The notes beneath the pieces were generated by a model, which saw only the letters and a program-made list of their open reading frames with translations, did no database searches and was not told where the DNA came from. Made by a program: the position numbers and the translations under genes. From an uncultured Acidobacteriota bacterium (lineage in GTDB: Bacteria; Actinomycetota; Acidimicrobiia; Spongiisociales; ZC4RG35), in assembly GCA_963749415.1 (NCBI GenBank), contig CAVVMG010000001.1:1676745-1740744 (forward strand): DNA of 64,000 nt, written 5' to 3'. Position 1 is the first letter of the stretch. Each line of letters begins with the position of its first letter. Positions 38,330-47,864 of this stretch are shown piece after piece.

Positions 38330-38946
38330 AGTGTGCCGAACAACCGGTCCCCCATGTCACCGAGGCCGGGCTGGATGTAGAAAACGTCACTGAGATCTCG
38401 GTCCAAAGCGGCGGCCACAATGCGGACATCGGGATGGTCCTCCTCGATGCGAGCCGCCCCTTCAGGAGCGACCACGACACACACCGCGGTGATGCTCTTC
38501 GCTCCGTTCTCCTTGACCTTGTCGATGGCCCAGGAGAGAGAGCCACCAGTGGCCAGCATCGGCTCCAGAATCAGCACCCGGGCCCGGTTCAGTGGGGGGA
38601 ACTTGTTGTAGTACTCCATGGGCTCGGCGGTCTCCTCGTTCCGCTGCACGCCGGCGAACCCGATGGCGGCGTCTGGCACCAGGGTCAGCACCGACTGCAA
38701 CAGCCCGAGTCCGGCGCGAAGGACCGCCACCGCGACCACCGGGCGATGGAGGCGGATCCCGCTCGTGACCTCGAGCGGCGTCGTGATCTCGACTTCGTCG
38801 ACCGCCATGTCGGACATGGCTTCGGCGACCAGGAGGTAGCCCAGCCGCTCTGCCGTCTGCCGGAACTCCGGGGGCTCGGTGTCCTTGCTGCGGAGGACCC
38901 CGAGGAGGTCGCCGGCGAGCGGATGGTCGAGGATGGTGATCGGCAT
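38326..38946 (-). CDS. upp: Uracil phosphoribosyltransferase
   Basis: VLRAG, EPMLATGGS, PGLGDMGDRLFG. Confidence 0.95.
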   Translation of the reverse strand: MPITILDHPLAGDLLGVLRSKDTEPPEFRQTAERLGYLLVAEAMSDMAVDEVEITTPLEVTSGIRLHRPVVAVAVLRAGLGLLQSVLTLVPDAAIGFAGVQRNEETAEPMEYYNKFPPLNRARVLILEPMLATGGSLSWAIDKVKENGAKSITAVCVVVAPEGAARIEEDHPDVRIVAAALDRDLSDVFYIQPGLGDMGDRLFGTL

Positions 38947-38961
38947 CGGCGAAGCCTAGGT

Positions 38962-41673
38962 TCAGCCCGTGTTGCGCATCCCGGTGGCTATCCCGTTGAT
39001 CGTGAGCAGGAGTGCCCGCACCAACTCGGGATCGTCGTCCCCGGCCCGGCTTCGGGAGAGCAGGGCAACCTGGAGGTAATTGATCGGGTCCAAGTAGACA
39101 TCTCGCACCGATAGTGTCCGGCGGAGGAGGGGGAGGTCGGCGATCAGGACCTCCTCCTTGCGCGACGAGAGCAACTCCGAGGTCGTCAGCTCCATCTCGG
39201 AGCGCAGCAGGTCGAGCAGCCCCCGGTGCTCCGCCGCAACGAGGGCGTCGACATAGCGCTCGGCGATGTCGAGGTCGGTCTTGGCCAGCGTCATCTCGAC
39301 ATTGGAGAGGAACGTCTGGAAATAGCTCCATTCCTCGGCCATCTCGTCGAGGACCTCCCCGTACCCGGCTTTGCGCGCGGCGCGAAGGCCACTGCCCACC
39401 CCGTACCACCCGGGCACGATCTGACGGGTTTGGGTCCATCCGAAGACCCAGGGGATGGCCCTGAGGTCATCGACCCCCCCGATACCTCCGGGGCGTCGCG
39501 AAGGCCTGCTCCCCAGGTTGAGCCGGCCCAGCTCCTCGACCGGGGTCGATCCGAGGAAATAGGGGACCAGGCTGGGATGCTCGACCAGGTCGCGATACGC
39601 AGTGTGGGCTTCGGAGGAAAAGCAGTCCATGGCCTCTGTCCAGCGGTCGAGGGTCTCCCTGTCTCGTCGTGACCGCCGGTGCAGAAGCGATGACTCGAGT
39701 ACCGATGCCAGAGCCAGTTCCAGGTTTCGGCTGGCGATGTCGGGGTGCCCGTATTTCTCGGATATGACCTCCCCTTGCTCGGTGACCTTGAGGTCGCCGT
39801 CGATCGTCCCGTAGGGCTGAGCCAGGATCGCGGCGTGGGTGGGCCCTCCGCCTCTTCCGATCGTGCCCCCGCGGCCGTGGAACAGTCGAAGGTGTATCCC
39901 GTGCTCGCCGGCGATGTTGCGCATCACGCGCTGTGCTTTGTAGATCTCCCACTGGCTGGTGGTGATCCCTCCCACCTTGTTCGAGTCGGAGTATCCGAGC
40001 ATGACTTCCTGGGTGTCACCACGGATGGAGACCATGCGCCGGTATTGGGGGTCGGAGAGAAGGCCCTCGAGCAGGTGCCCGGCGTTCGCCAGGTCGTCGA
40101 TGGTCTCCACGAGGGGGACGATGCCGATGGATGCCACCCCTCGACGCAGGTCGACGAGCCCCGCTTCCCGGGCCAGCACCGCTGCTTCGAGTACATCGGC
40201 GGGGCTTTCCGTCATCGAGACCACATAGCTCTCGATGACCTGGTCTCCGTACCTGGCCTTGGCCTCGGCGATGGCACGGAAGGTGCCCAGTGTCCTCGAC
40301 TCCTCCTCCCCGAGGGTGGTCGTCGGGCCGGAGAGCGGCCGGGTTCCCGCCAGCTCTTCGCCGAGCAGCACCGCACGCTGCTCTGGCGTGAGCCCGGAGT
40401 AGTCGGTGTCGACCAGCGAGTAGAGCTCGGTCAGCGTGGCGCGGTGCTTCGAGGAATGCTCCCGGATGTCGAGGATCGCCATCTGGAACCCGAAGGTGGT
40501 GGCCGCCCTGCTCACCCGGGCCAGCGGGCCGTCAGCGATGAGATCACCCTTCGAGGCCCGCAGCGAGTCGCCCATGAGGTCGAGGTCGGCGATGAGTTGG
40601 TCGGGGTGCGCGTAGTCCCGGCCCGGATGGGGAGGACCTCCCCGTTGGATCCTCTTGTTGGTGTTGATCAGCCGGGCATGGATGAAGGAGCACTTGAGGC
40701 GATAGGGCTCCGCCGCCACTCTCCTCTGCTCCCGTTGCCAGATCTCGGGCAATGCCTCCCGGTCGCGCTCGAGCGATTCCTCGAGCTCGCGACTGATCGG
40801 GGCCAACCGCCGCGACATGGACAGCTCGTCGGACAGGTCCTCGACGAGGGCGATCAGGTAGCGCAGCCCGCGATCGTGCTGCAGGGCAAGGGTCTCCAGT
40901 GTGATCTCGGGGGTGACCTGGGGATTGCCGTCACGGTCACCGCCAACCCATGATCCGAAGCGGATCGGGCTGGTGGTGTGCCTCTCACTCAGGCGATCGA
41001 GCTGGAATGCCACGTGGTCTCCGAGACGGGGCATGACTTCCTCTGCTATCTGAACCAGGTAGTAGAGGGCGGATCGCGCCTCATCCACCGGGCTCGGCCG
41101 CTCCAGGCGGAGCTCGTCGGTCTGCCAGATCTGATCGATCAACTCCGCCGAGCGCCGATCGATCATGGCGAACTGGTATTCGGTGGCGTCGAGCCGTTCC
41201 TCGACCAGGTCGGCCAATTGGCGGGTCTTGGTCAGGATCGAGCGCCGGGCGGCCTCGGTGGGATGGGCAGTGAACACCGGGCGGACTTCGAGACGTTGCA
41301 AGACCTCTTCGAGGTCGTCGACGTCGGGGCCGGCCTCCAGCACGCGATCCACTGTTGCGACCAGGCTGCGCTCATCACTCCCCAATTGATCGATGCGATG
41401 TACGTGCTCGACGACGTTCGCCAGATAGAAGTAGGTGGTGAAGGCACGGACCAGTGCGATCACGTTCTCCACGGATTGTCCGGCGAGGAGGCGGTAGAGC
41501 TCGTCGGCGGCTTCGGCACTCCCGCCACGGCGGACCGACTTTCCCAGGGCCCGAACGGTTTCGACGAGGTCGAGAAGCTCCGTCCCATGCTGGCGGACCA
41601 GCGCGTCCCCCAGCTGATTGCCGAGACGGCGAATGTCGGATCTCAGTTGCTCATCGGAGCTGGCAGGCACCAC
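38962..41673 (-). CDS. ppc: Phosphoenolpyruvate carboxylase (start approximate)
   Basis: TAHPTE, WVGGDRDGNP, MLGYSDSNK, FHGRGGTIGRGG, LRAIPWVF. Confidence 0.95.
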   Translation of the reverse strand: MVPASSDEQLRSDIRRLGNQLGDALVRQHGTELLDLVETVRALGKSVRRGGSAEAADELYRLLAGQSVENVIALVRAFTTYFYLANVVEHVHRIDQLGSDERSLVATVDRVLEAGPDVDDLEEVLQRLEVRPVFTAHPTEAARRSILTKTRQLADLVEERLDATEYQFAMIDRRSAELIDQIWQTDELRLERPSPVDEARSALYYLVQIAEEVMPRLGDHVAFQLDRLSERHTTSPIRFGSWVGGDRDGNPQVTPEITLETLALQHDRGLRYLIALVEDLSDELSMSRRLAPISRELEESLERDREALPEIWQREQRRVAAEPYRLKCSFIHARLINTNKRIQRGGPPHPGRDYAHPDQLIADLDLMGDSLRASKGDLIADGPLARVSRAATTFGFQMAILDIREHSSKHRATLTELYSLVDTDYSGLTPEQRAVLLGEELAGTRPLSGPTTTLGEEESRTLGTFRAIAEAKARYGDQVIESYVVSMTESPADVLEAAVLAREAGLVDLRRGVASIGIVPLVETIDDLANAGHLLEGLLSDPQYRRMVSIRGDTQEVMLGYSDSNKVGGITTSQWEIYKAQRVMRNIAGEHGIHLRLFHGRGGTIGRGGGPTHAAILAQPYGTIDGDLKVTEQGEVISEKYGHPDIASRNLELALASVLESSLLHRRSRRDRETLDRWTEAMDCFSSEAHTAYRDLVEHPSLVPYFLGSTPVEELGRLNLGSRPSRRPGGIGGVDDLRAIPWVFGWTQTRQIVPGWYGVGSGLRAARKAGYGEVLDEMAEEWSYFQTFLSNVEMTLAKTDLDIAERYVDALVAAEHRGLLDLLRSEMELTTSELLSSRKEEVLIADLPLLRRTLSVRDVYLDPINYLQVALLSRSRAGDDDPELVRALLLTINGIATGMRNTG

Positions 41674-41740
41674 GACAGGGTATTCAGCACGGCCCGGAGT
41701 GTCTTCTCGGGACCCCGGGCATCGCTCATAGAATCGGAAC

Positions 41741-42658
41741 ATGTACCAGGTGGCCCTCAGCGTCGAGGCCTGCCTGCGCGCGGGCACCCGGGCCGACGTC
41801 GCCTGGATCGTCGAGGCCCATGAGTTACCGATCGACGACTGGTCCGACGTCGTGGTTTTCACCCCGGGTGGAGGGCGGATCGGGTCGATGGCAGGGGGTG
41901 CGCTCGACGGGCGCCTCGGTGATCTCGCCGGGAGGTGGGACCTCGGCCGCATCGTCGACATCGAGATCAATGAGGTTGATGCCTTGATTGCAGGGCTGTC
42001 GGCCGGTGGCTCCGCTCGATGCCTGATGGTCCCGGCGGACGTCCTACCGGAGGGAGTGATCGAGGTGGCGCTCGCTCGGCAGCCCTTCTGCCTTGTTTCC
42101 CGGCTCGAAAAGGACGAGGTCGTCGAGATGAGCCTGTGGACGCCGGAATCGGTCGCCGGAGCCGGAGAGCATGTCGTCCAACTACTCGCCGGCGGCGTGG
42201 CAGGGTCGACACTGACCGAGACCGGGCTGGTCACGGTGTTCCGGGCGGTGCCTCAGCTGGTGATCATCGGGGGCACTCCCGTTGGTGAGGCCCTTGCCGA
42301 CCTTGCCGGGGTGGTCGGCTGGAGACCCCGGATCTTGCTCGACTCCGCCTCGGCAAATGGAGTGATCGCAACCCTTTCCGGCCTCGACATGGTCGTGGTC
42401 ACCGGGCACGACCTCGACCTGACGGGCGCTGCCCTCAAGGCGGCCCTGGAGACCGATGTCGGGTATATCGGGTCACTGGGCGCCCGCAAGATGCAGGAGA
42501 CGCGCGCCGACTGGCTCGCCTACCAGGGGGTAACCGATCTGACGAGGGTCCATGGCCCGGCAGGCATAGACATCGGCGCCGACACCCCGGCCGAGATCGC
42601 GGTGTCGATTCTGGCCGAGGCGATCGCAAATAGGGCAGCCGCCCCCGTCGACGCCTAG
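41741..42658 (+). CDS. XdhC/CoxI family Moco maturation protein
   Basis: YIGSLGARK, GPAGIDIGADTPAEIAVSI. Confidence 0.85.
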   Translation: MYQVALSVEACLRAGTRADVAWIVEAHELPIDDWSDVVVFTPGGGRIGSMAGGALDGRLGDLAGRWDLGRIVDIEINEVDALIAGLSAGGSARCLMVPADVLPEGVIEVALARQPFCLVSRLEKDEVVEMSLWTPESVAGAGEHVVQLLAGGVAGSTLTETGLVTVFRAVPQLVIIGGTPVGEALADLAGVVGWRPRILLDSASANGVIATLSGLDMVVVTGHDLDLTGAALKAALETDVGYIGSLGARKMQETRADWLAYQGVTDLTRVHGPAGIDIGADTPAEIAVSILAEAIANRAAAPVDA

Positions 42659-42742
42659 TGCCGACTGGCCATGGAGAGAGAATCAGGCGACGATTACAAT
42701 CAATAGCGTCGATACCGACACGTCGTCACCACGGAGCATTCG

Positions 42743-42991
42743 ATGACTAGCCCGAACGAGACCACCGCAGATGTACTCGACTCGGTGTGGGTCATCAGCC
42801 ACGACCACGACCTCGATGAGGACTGCAGTCCGACCAAGGCATGCCGAAACATGAAGGACGTGACCTTCGACGGTTACGCGGACCCCGGGAGCGATCTCGG
42901 AGAGGCATGGCGGGCCAAGCTGGCCCGGGAGGGCAAATTGACCGAGTCGGGCGGAAGTGTCCGCGAGTTGATCTTGGGTCAGGGCGAATAG
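42743..42991 (+). CDS. Hypothetical protein (82 aa)
   Basis: GGAG RBS, typical codon usage, operon position. Confidence 0.6.
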   Translation: MTSPNETTADVLDSVWVISHDHDLDEDCSPTKACRNMKDVTFDGYADPGSDLGEAWRAKLAREGKLTESGGSVRELILGQGE

Positions 42992-43034
42992 ACCTGTCCG
43001 GGCCGGCTCATCCCCAACGAACAGGCGGTCAGCG

Positions 43035-43928
43035 TTGAGCAGCGACCCGGCTCCCAAGGCACCGGCGAGCGTCGAAGAGCTCACCGATCTTCTCCGTCAG
43101 GGCCGCTACCTGGCTGATCGCGGCCTCGCCACATCCATCTTCGTCGCAATGACCCTGGGGCGTCCGCTCCTCCTCGAGGGTGAGGTGGGGGTGGGGAAGA
43201 CCGAAGTTGCCAAGGTATTGGCGTCGGTCTTCGACCGCAGGCTCATCCGCCTCCAGTGCTACGAGGGCATCGACACCAATCAGGCCTTGTACGAGTGGGA
43301 CTACGCCCGCCAAATGCTCCAGATCCGGGCGCTGTCCGAACGGGGCCTCAGCGATGAGGGCGAGGTCGACAAGCTGTTCGGCCCCAAGTTCCTGTTGGAG
43401 CGGCCCTTGCTGACGGCGATACAAGCCGGCGACCGGGCGGTGCTCCTGATCGACGAGATCGACCGGGCCGATGACGAGTTCGAGGCCTTCTTGCTCGAGC
43501 TCCTCTCCGACTTCCAGATCACCATCCCGGAGATCGGGACCATCGCCGCGGAGGCCCCGCCCCTGGTGATCCTCACCTCCAATCGCACCCGTGAGCTCCA
43601 CGATGCCCTCAAACGGCGTTGCCTTTATCACTGGGTCGGATACCCAAGCGCCGAACGCGAGGTCGAGATCGTGCTCGTCAGGGCACCTGGGGCCACCGAG
43701 ACATTGGCCCGCAAAGTCGTGGAGGCGGTGAACCGGTTGCGCCAGCTCGACCTGACCAAGCCACCGGGGGTCGCGGAGACTTTGGACTGGGTGGCCACGC
43801 TCAACGTCCTGGGCCGGTCCGAGTTGGATGCCGGCACGATTGAGGACACCCTCGGAGCAGTGATCAAAGAACGCGACGACCTGGAAGCCGTGCTCGATCA
43901 CCTCGAGGGGATTGCCGTCGATGGCTGA
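43035..43928 (+). CDS. MoxR-type AAA+ ATPase, CoxD-like
   Basis: GEVGVGKTE, LQCYEG, LLIDEIDRAD, LKRRC. Confidence 0.88.
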   Translation: MSSDPAPKAPASVEELTDLLRQGRYLADRGLATSIFVAMTLGRPLLLEGEVGVGKTEVAKVLASVFDRRLIRLQCYEGIDTNQALYEWDYARQMLQIRALSERGLSDEGEVDKLFGPKFLLERPLLTAIQAGDRAVLLIDEIDRADDEFEAFLLELLSDFQITIPEIGTIAAEAPPLVILTSNRTRELHDALKRRCLYHWVGYPSAEREVEIVLVRAPGATETLARKVVEAVNRLRQLDLTKPPGVAETLDWVATLNVLGRSELDAGTIEDTLGAVIKERDDLEAVLDHLEGIAVDG

Positions 43929-45087
43929 CGGGCTCGCCGTCGAAGAAATCGTTGAGCCGGGTCAGGCGCCATACGTCGAGATGCTGGTCGCCTTCGGCGA
44001 GGCGCTCCGCCGGGCCGGGCTGCCCGTCGGGTCGGGCGACATCCTCGTCTACTGCGGTGCCATGGCGTCGCTCGATCCAGCGGATCTGGTCGATCTGTAC
44101 TGGGCCGGTCGGACCACGCTCGTAACTCGTCGCGACCGAATCGCCGTCTACGACCGGGTATTCCGCACCTTCTTCCTCGATGCCGCCGGGGACCTGCCCG
44201 AACCGGTCAAGCTCGCCCTCAAGCAATCTTCGATCGAGAACCAGTCCGTGATCGAGGTCCCCTCGACCGAGCCCGGGATCAGAGGCAAAGACGAGGAGGA
44301 GGCCAGGCTGGGGCTCATGGCGTCCGACATCGAGCTCTGGCGTCACAAGGAATTCGCGGCCTGCACCCCCGAGGAGTTGGCTGCCCTGCGCCGGATCATG
44401 GCCAGGATCAGGGTGATCCCACCACGACGACGCTCGCGGCGCACGAGGGCGGGTGCGGCTGGAGGTAGGCCCGATCTGCGGCGCACCGTCAGGGCGACGA
44501 TGCGGACGCACGGCGAGCCGTCGGAGCTCTTCTGGCGTCAGCGCAGATTGAAGCGACGGCCCCTGATCCTGATCCTCGACGTCTCGGGGTCCATGGCCGA
44601 GTACTCGCGCAACCTCCTCCAGTTCGCCCACTCGGCCAAGCGGGCGAGCTCCCGCGTCGAAGTGTTTTGCTTTGGCACCCGATTGACCCGGATCACCCGG
44701 GCGTTGGAGAGGAGGCGGCCTGATGACGCCCTCGACGAAGCAGCGCGGTCGGTGTTCGACTGGGAGGGCGGGACACGGATCGGCCAAGCCATCGACACGT
44801 TCGTCCGCGATTGGGCACGCCGTGGCTTGAGTCGCGGTGCCATCGTGGTGATCTGCTCTGACGGGCTCGACCGCGGCGACCCGGCGCTCTTGTCCGGAGC
44901 GATGGAAAGGCTCTCCCGGCTCAGTCACAAGGTCGTGTGGATGAACCCACACAAGGGCGACAACACCGACTTCCAGCCGACGACGCTGGGGATGATGGTG
45001 GTCGCTCCGTATGTGGACCTCCTGCTCTCCGGCCACGACCTCGCCAGCCTCGAGGAGCTCGCGGAGCTCCTGCCCGACCTCCGGTGA
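43921..45087 (+). CDS. VWA domain protein, CoxE-like
   Basis: DVSGSM MIDAS, WEGGTRIG, SDGLDRG, WMNP. Confidence 0.88.
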   Translation: MADGLAVEEIVEPGQAPYVEMLVAFGEALRRAGLPVGSGDILVYCGAMASLDPADLVDLYWAGRTTLVTRRDRIAVYDRVFRTFFLDAAGDLPEPVKLALKQSSIENQSVIEVPSTEPGIRGKDEEEARLGLMASDIELWRHKEFAACTPEELAALRRIMARIRVIPPRRRSRRTRAGAAGGRPDLRRTVRATMRTHGEPSELFWRQRRLKRRPLILILDVSGSMAEYSRNLLQFAHSAKRASSRVEVFCFGTRLTRITRALERRRPDDALDEAARSVFDWEGGTRIGQAIDTFVRDWARRGLSRGAIVVICSDGLDRGDPALLSGAMERLSRLSHKVVWMNPHKGDNTDFQPTTLGMMVVAPYVDLLLSGHDLASLEELAELLPDLR

Positions 45088-45101
45088 TCGGCGGGACCGC
45101 C

Positions 45102-45401
45102 ATGAGATGGAGCGTGTCGATGGTGGCCGAAGGTGACCGGGTCATCGAGCTGGAGGAAGTCGTGGAGCTCGCCGACGCGGTCGCCATAAGCGACGGGATC
45201 GCCACCGGGATGGGGACCACCTCGTACGGTGCCCAGATCGTGGTAGAGGCCGACAGCAGCGATGAGGCAGTGGACAAGGCGATGGGGTTGTTCGCGGCTG
45301 CGGCGGAGAAGGCGGGGATGCCTCCGTGGCCGATCGTCCGCGCCGAGACCGTCGCCGACGAAGAGGAACTTGACTACGGCTTCGAGGCCCCCACGGCATG
45401 A
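45102..45401 (+). CDS. Hypothetical acidic protein (99 aa)
   Basis: Operon position, ATGA overlap with the next gene. Confidence 0.65.
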   Translation: MRWSVSMVAEGDRVIELEEVVELADAVAISDGIATGMGTTSYGAQIVVEADSSDEAVDKAMGLFAAAAEKAGMPPWPIVRAETVADEEELDYGFEAPTA

Positions 45402-45838
45402 TCCGGCTCGGGTCCCTCGCCGGGTATCCATTCGAGGGCCCGAGGGTGCTGGCCGGTTGGACCCCGCCACAACTCGCCGCGGTGTTCGCCGTGATGTACA
45501 AGCCTCAGCCCAAGGAGAAACCCGAGGAACACGCGGTCCTCTACGTCGGCGAATCCGCCGACCTCTCCAGCGAGAAGTTCCCCTTCAACCATCCCTCGGC
45601 TCCATGCTGGCTGAAGCGGGTGGAGGGGAGGCGCTTCGAGCTCTATGTCTGCACCTATGAGGCGCCTGGCGCTGCCAGGGCCCACCGGGAGCAGATCGTC
45701 CGGGAGCTGGTCGCGGTCTATCGGCCCGGGTGCAATCCAGATCAATACGACCAGGCGTGGGAAGACCACTGGATCGGGGAGTACCAGACACCGGGCACCA
45801 CCGGCCCGCTCACCACCGGGCGCCAACCCTCCGACTGA
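45398..45838 (+). CDS. Hypothetical protein, degenerate GIY-YIG-like
   Basis: AVFAVMY...VLYVGES...RELVAVYRPGCN resembles the GIY-YIG motif layout. Confidence 0.5.
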   Translation: MIRLGSLAGYPFEGPRVLAGWTPPQLAAVFAVMYKPQPKEKPEEHAVLYVGESADLSSEKFPFNHPSAPCWLKRVEGRRFELYVCTYEAPGAARAHREQIVRELVAVYRPGCNPDQYDQAWEDHWIGEYQTPGTTGPLTTGRQPSD

Positions 45839-45859
45839 GCAAGGAAGCCGGCCTTGGGG

Positions 45860-46222
45860 CTATCCCTCGGGCAGGTAGCCGATTGCTTCGTGAAAGCGGG
45901 AACGCCGACGCCCTGATGCCGGAAGCGCTGGGCCTCTCGCCGGCACCTTCTCTGGCTCGTAGGTTGCTCCGACCACGATCCCCTCGGCCATCCCATAGAG
46001 CAGAGGCAAGGCACCGGCTACCACTCCTCCCGTGCGATTCACGTGCTCGAGGTTGCCCTCGATCGAGGCAGCATTGGCCCCGATCTTCTTCACAAGCTCG
46101 TTGCACTCCTCGAGGTTGGTGGCGACCCGGGTCAATTGCCCGCCCACGATCCAGAGGTAGATCGCCAGCCCGGCGATCAGCAGCACGATGTCGACAACGG
46201 TGAAGAGGATCAGGCTGTTCAC
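45860..46222 (-). CDS. Small single-TM coiled-coil protein E (120 aa)
   Basis: N-terminal TM, then heptads; GTGA overlap with D. Confidence 0.75.
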   Translation of the reverse strand: MNSLILFTVVDIVLLIAGLAIYLWIVGGQLTRVATNLEECNELVKKIGANAASIEGNLEHVNRTGGVVAGALPLLYGMAEGIVVGATYEPEKVPARGPALPASGRRRSRFHEAIGYLPEG

Positions 46223-46512
46223 GAGCGCACCTTCCCCAGCACCCGGCCCAGGAACAGGTGGTGCTCCAGGCCTTCAACGAGGACCAGATCGAGTCCAGCG
46301 GCGGTGGTATTCAGCAGTTCGGCGTCCGCGGTGTTGGCCTCCGCCTGAGTCAGCGTGGCCTTGATCGTCAGCACCCGGCGGTCGATGGTCCTCACCAGCA
46401 AGACCAGGATGGTGAGCAGGGCGGCCACCGCGACCACGACGACGAGCCCGGCCCAGTTGGCGATCTGCCACAGGGTCTCCTGATTCTCGGTCAGGGCGAA
46501 GAGCATGGTCAA
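46219..46512 (-). CDS. Small single-TM coiled-coil protein D (97 aa)
   Basis: TM, then heptads; GGGAGG RBS, TTGA overlap with C. Confidence 0.75.
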   Translation of the reverse strand: MTMLFALTENQETLWQIANWAGLVVVVAVAALLTILVLLVRTIDRRVLTIKATLTQAEANTADAELLNTTAAGLDLVLVEGLEHHLFLGRVLGKVRS

Positions 46513-46769
46513 CCTCCCAGCCTCTGCCGGCCCCGCTTCAAACCTTCGATCACGTTGATCGCCATCGTGTTGGTGGTGGCGAGGTCGGCGAGTGCTGCTG
46601 TGTTGCTGACGGACTTCTGCAGGCTGTCGTCGATCAGCTTGGCCTCGTTGCCGATCCTCCGGGCCAGGATCAGGATCGGGAGCACCAGGGCCACTACCAC
46701 GAGGACGACAACGATCCCGATGACGTATCCGACCAGCCAGCCGGTGTTTCCTTCGAAGAGCTCGTTCAT
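46509..46769 (-). CDS. Small single-TM coiled-coil protein C (86 aa)
   Basis: TM, then heptads; similar to D. Confidence 0.75.
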   Translation of the reverse strand: MNELFEGNTGWLVGYVIGIVVVLVVVALVLPILILARRIGNEAKLIDDSLQKSVSNTAALADLATTNTMAINVIEGLKRGRQRLGG

Positions 46770-46779
46770 GATCGATGTC

Positions 46780-47007
46780 TCATATCGATTCGCAGAAGTC
46801 GCTGACCGGCTTCAGGCTGGCGTTCACCGAGCTCACCACTGCGGGCACGGTGCTGGTCTTGGCGGCCACCACTTCGACACCCCCGGTGAGGGCACGCAGT
46901 GTCTTCAGAGTGGCGGAGAGATGGCCGATCACCCGGCTCAACCCCAGTGCCGCGGCTGCGATTATCAGGGTGGCCAGGACCAGGGTCACGATTGCGGCTG
47001 CTGGCAT
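46780..47007 (-). CDS. Small single-TM coiled-coil protein B (75 aa)
   Basis: GAGGAGGGAG RBS; similar to E. Confidence 0.75.
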   Translation of the reverse strand: MPAAAIVTLVLATLIIAAAALGLSRVIGHLSATLKTLRALTGGVEVVAAKTSTVPAVVSSVNASLKPVSDFCESI

Positions 47008-47017
47008 TTCTCCCTCC

Positions 47018-47272
47018 TCAACCCAACAACTTGCCGACCGAGCCGGCGTAACGGACGGCGCCGTTGGCGACCTCGTCGATGGTCCCGTCGGTGACCGCAA
47101 GAAGCTCGGGCACCCTGTCGACCTCCCCGATGAGGGCCACGCCGCCGGCCAGGATCTCGTCCGACGCCCCGCGGATCCTCTCCAACGCCGCCAGCACCCG
47201 GTTGAGCAGGGCGACGAGGATGGGCACCACCGCCAAGAGCAGGATCGCGTTCCCGATCCACCACCAAGTCAT
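47018..47272 (-). CDS. Small single-TM coiled-coil protein A (84 aa)
   Basis: GAGGAGG RBS, 10 nt after coxG. Confidence 0.75.
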   Translation of the reverse strand: MTWWWIGNAILLLAVVPILVALLNRVLAALERIRGASDEILAGGVALIGEVDRVPELLAVTDGTIDEVANGAVRYAGSVGKLLG

Positions 47273-47282
47273 GGGTTCCTCC

Positions 47283-47864
47283 TCACGTCTGGTTGGGCTG
47301 GTAGGGCAGGAAGAACCTGCGGGCGACCCGCTTCAACGCCATCCAGGCGGCCTGGAAGCCGATGCTGAGCCCGCTGGCGGACTTCGTCTGGACCTGGTCT
47401 GCCGATAGGCCCTGGTCAAACGCGTGGATGCGGGCCTGCATGTTGGTGGCGAAGTCCTTCATCATCACCGCGCTGACATCGCCGATCATTCCCCGGCCGT
47501 ACTGGGCGGCGGCGCCGGACAGCTCGAGGTCCTGCTCCACTTCGACTCGGGTGCCATTGGCCGTTGGGACCAAGCGGGCGGTGAGGCCGAGTGCGGCCTG
47601 CCCCCGGCCCTTGTCATCGGCGCCGGAGGCGTCGACGACGATGGTCCTGGTCGCCTCGTCCATCGTCTTGACGGCCGCCTGACCTGCGAACTGCATCTGG
47701 ACCGGTCCCAGCCGGATATTGACGTTCCCGGCGTACTGGTCCGGTCCGGTCTCGTCGGTCAGGGAGGCACCGGGAAGGCAGGATGCCACCTGGGGGATGT
47801 CCTGGCAGAACTCCCAGACTTTCTCGATAGGGAGGGCTACCTCGAAGTCATTCTTGATCAGCAT
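47283..47864 (-). CDS. coxG: CoxG (SRPBCC domain)
   Basis: VASCLPGASL, RLGPVQMQFAG, GAAAQYGRGMI. Confidence 0.88.
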   Translation of the reverse strand: MLIKNDFEVALPIEKVWEFCQDIPQVASCLPGASLTDETGPDQYAGNVNIRLGPVQMQFAGQAAVKTMDEATRTIVVDASGADDKGRGQAALGLTARLVPTANGTRVEVEQDLELSGAAAQYGRGMIGDVSAVMMKDFATNMQARIHAFDQGLSADQVQTKSASGLSIGFQAAWMALKRVARRFFLPYQPNQT

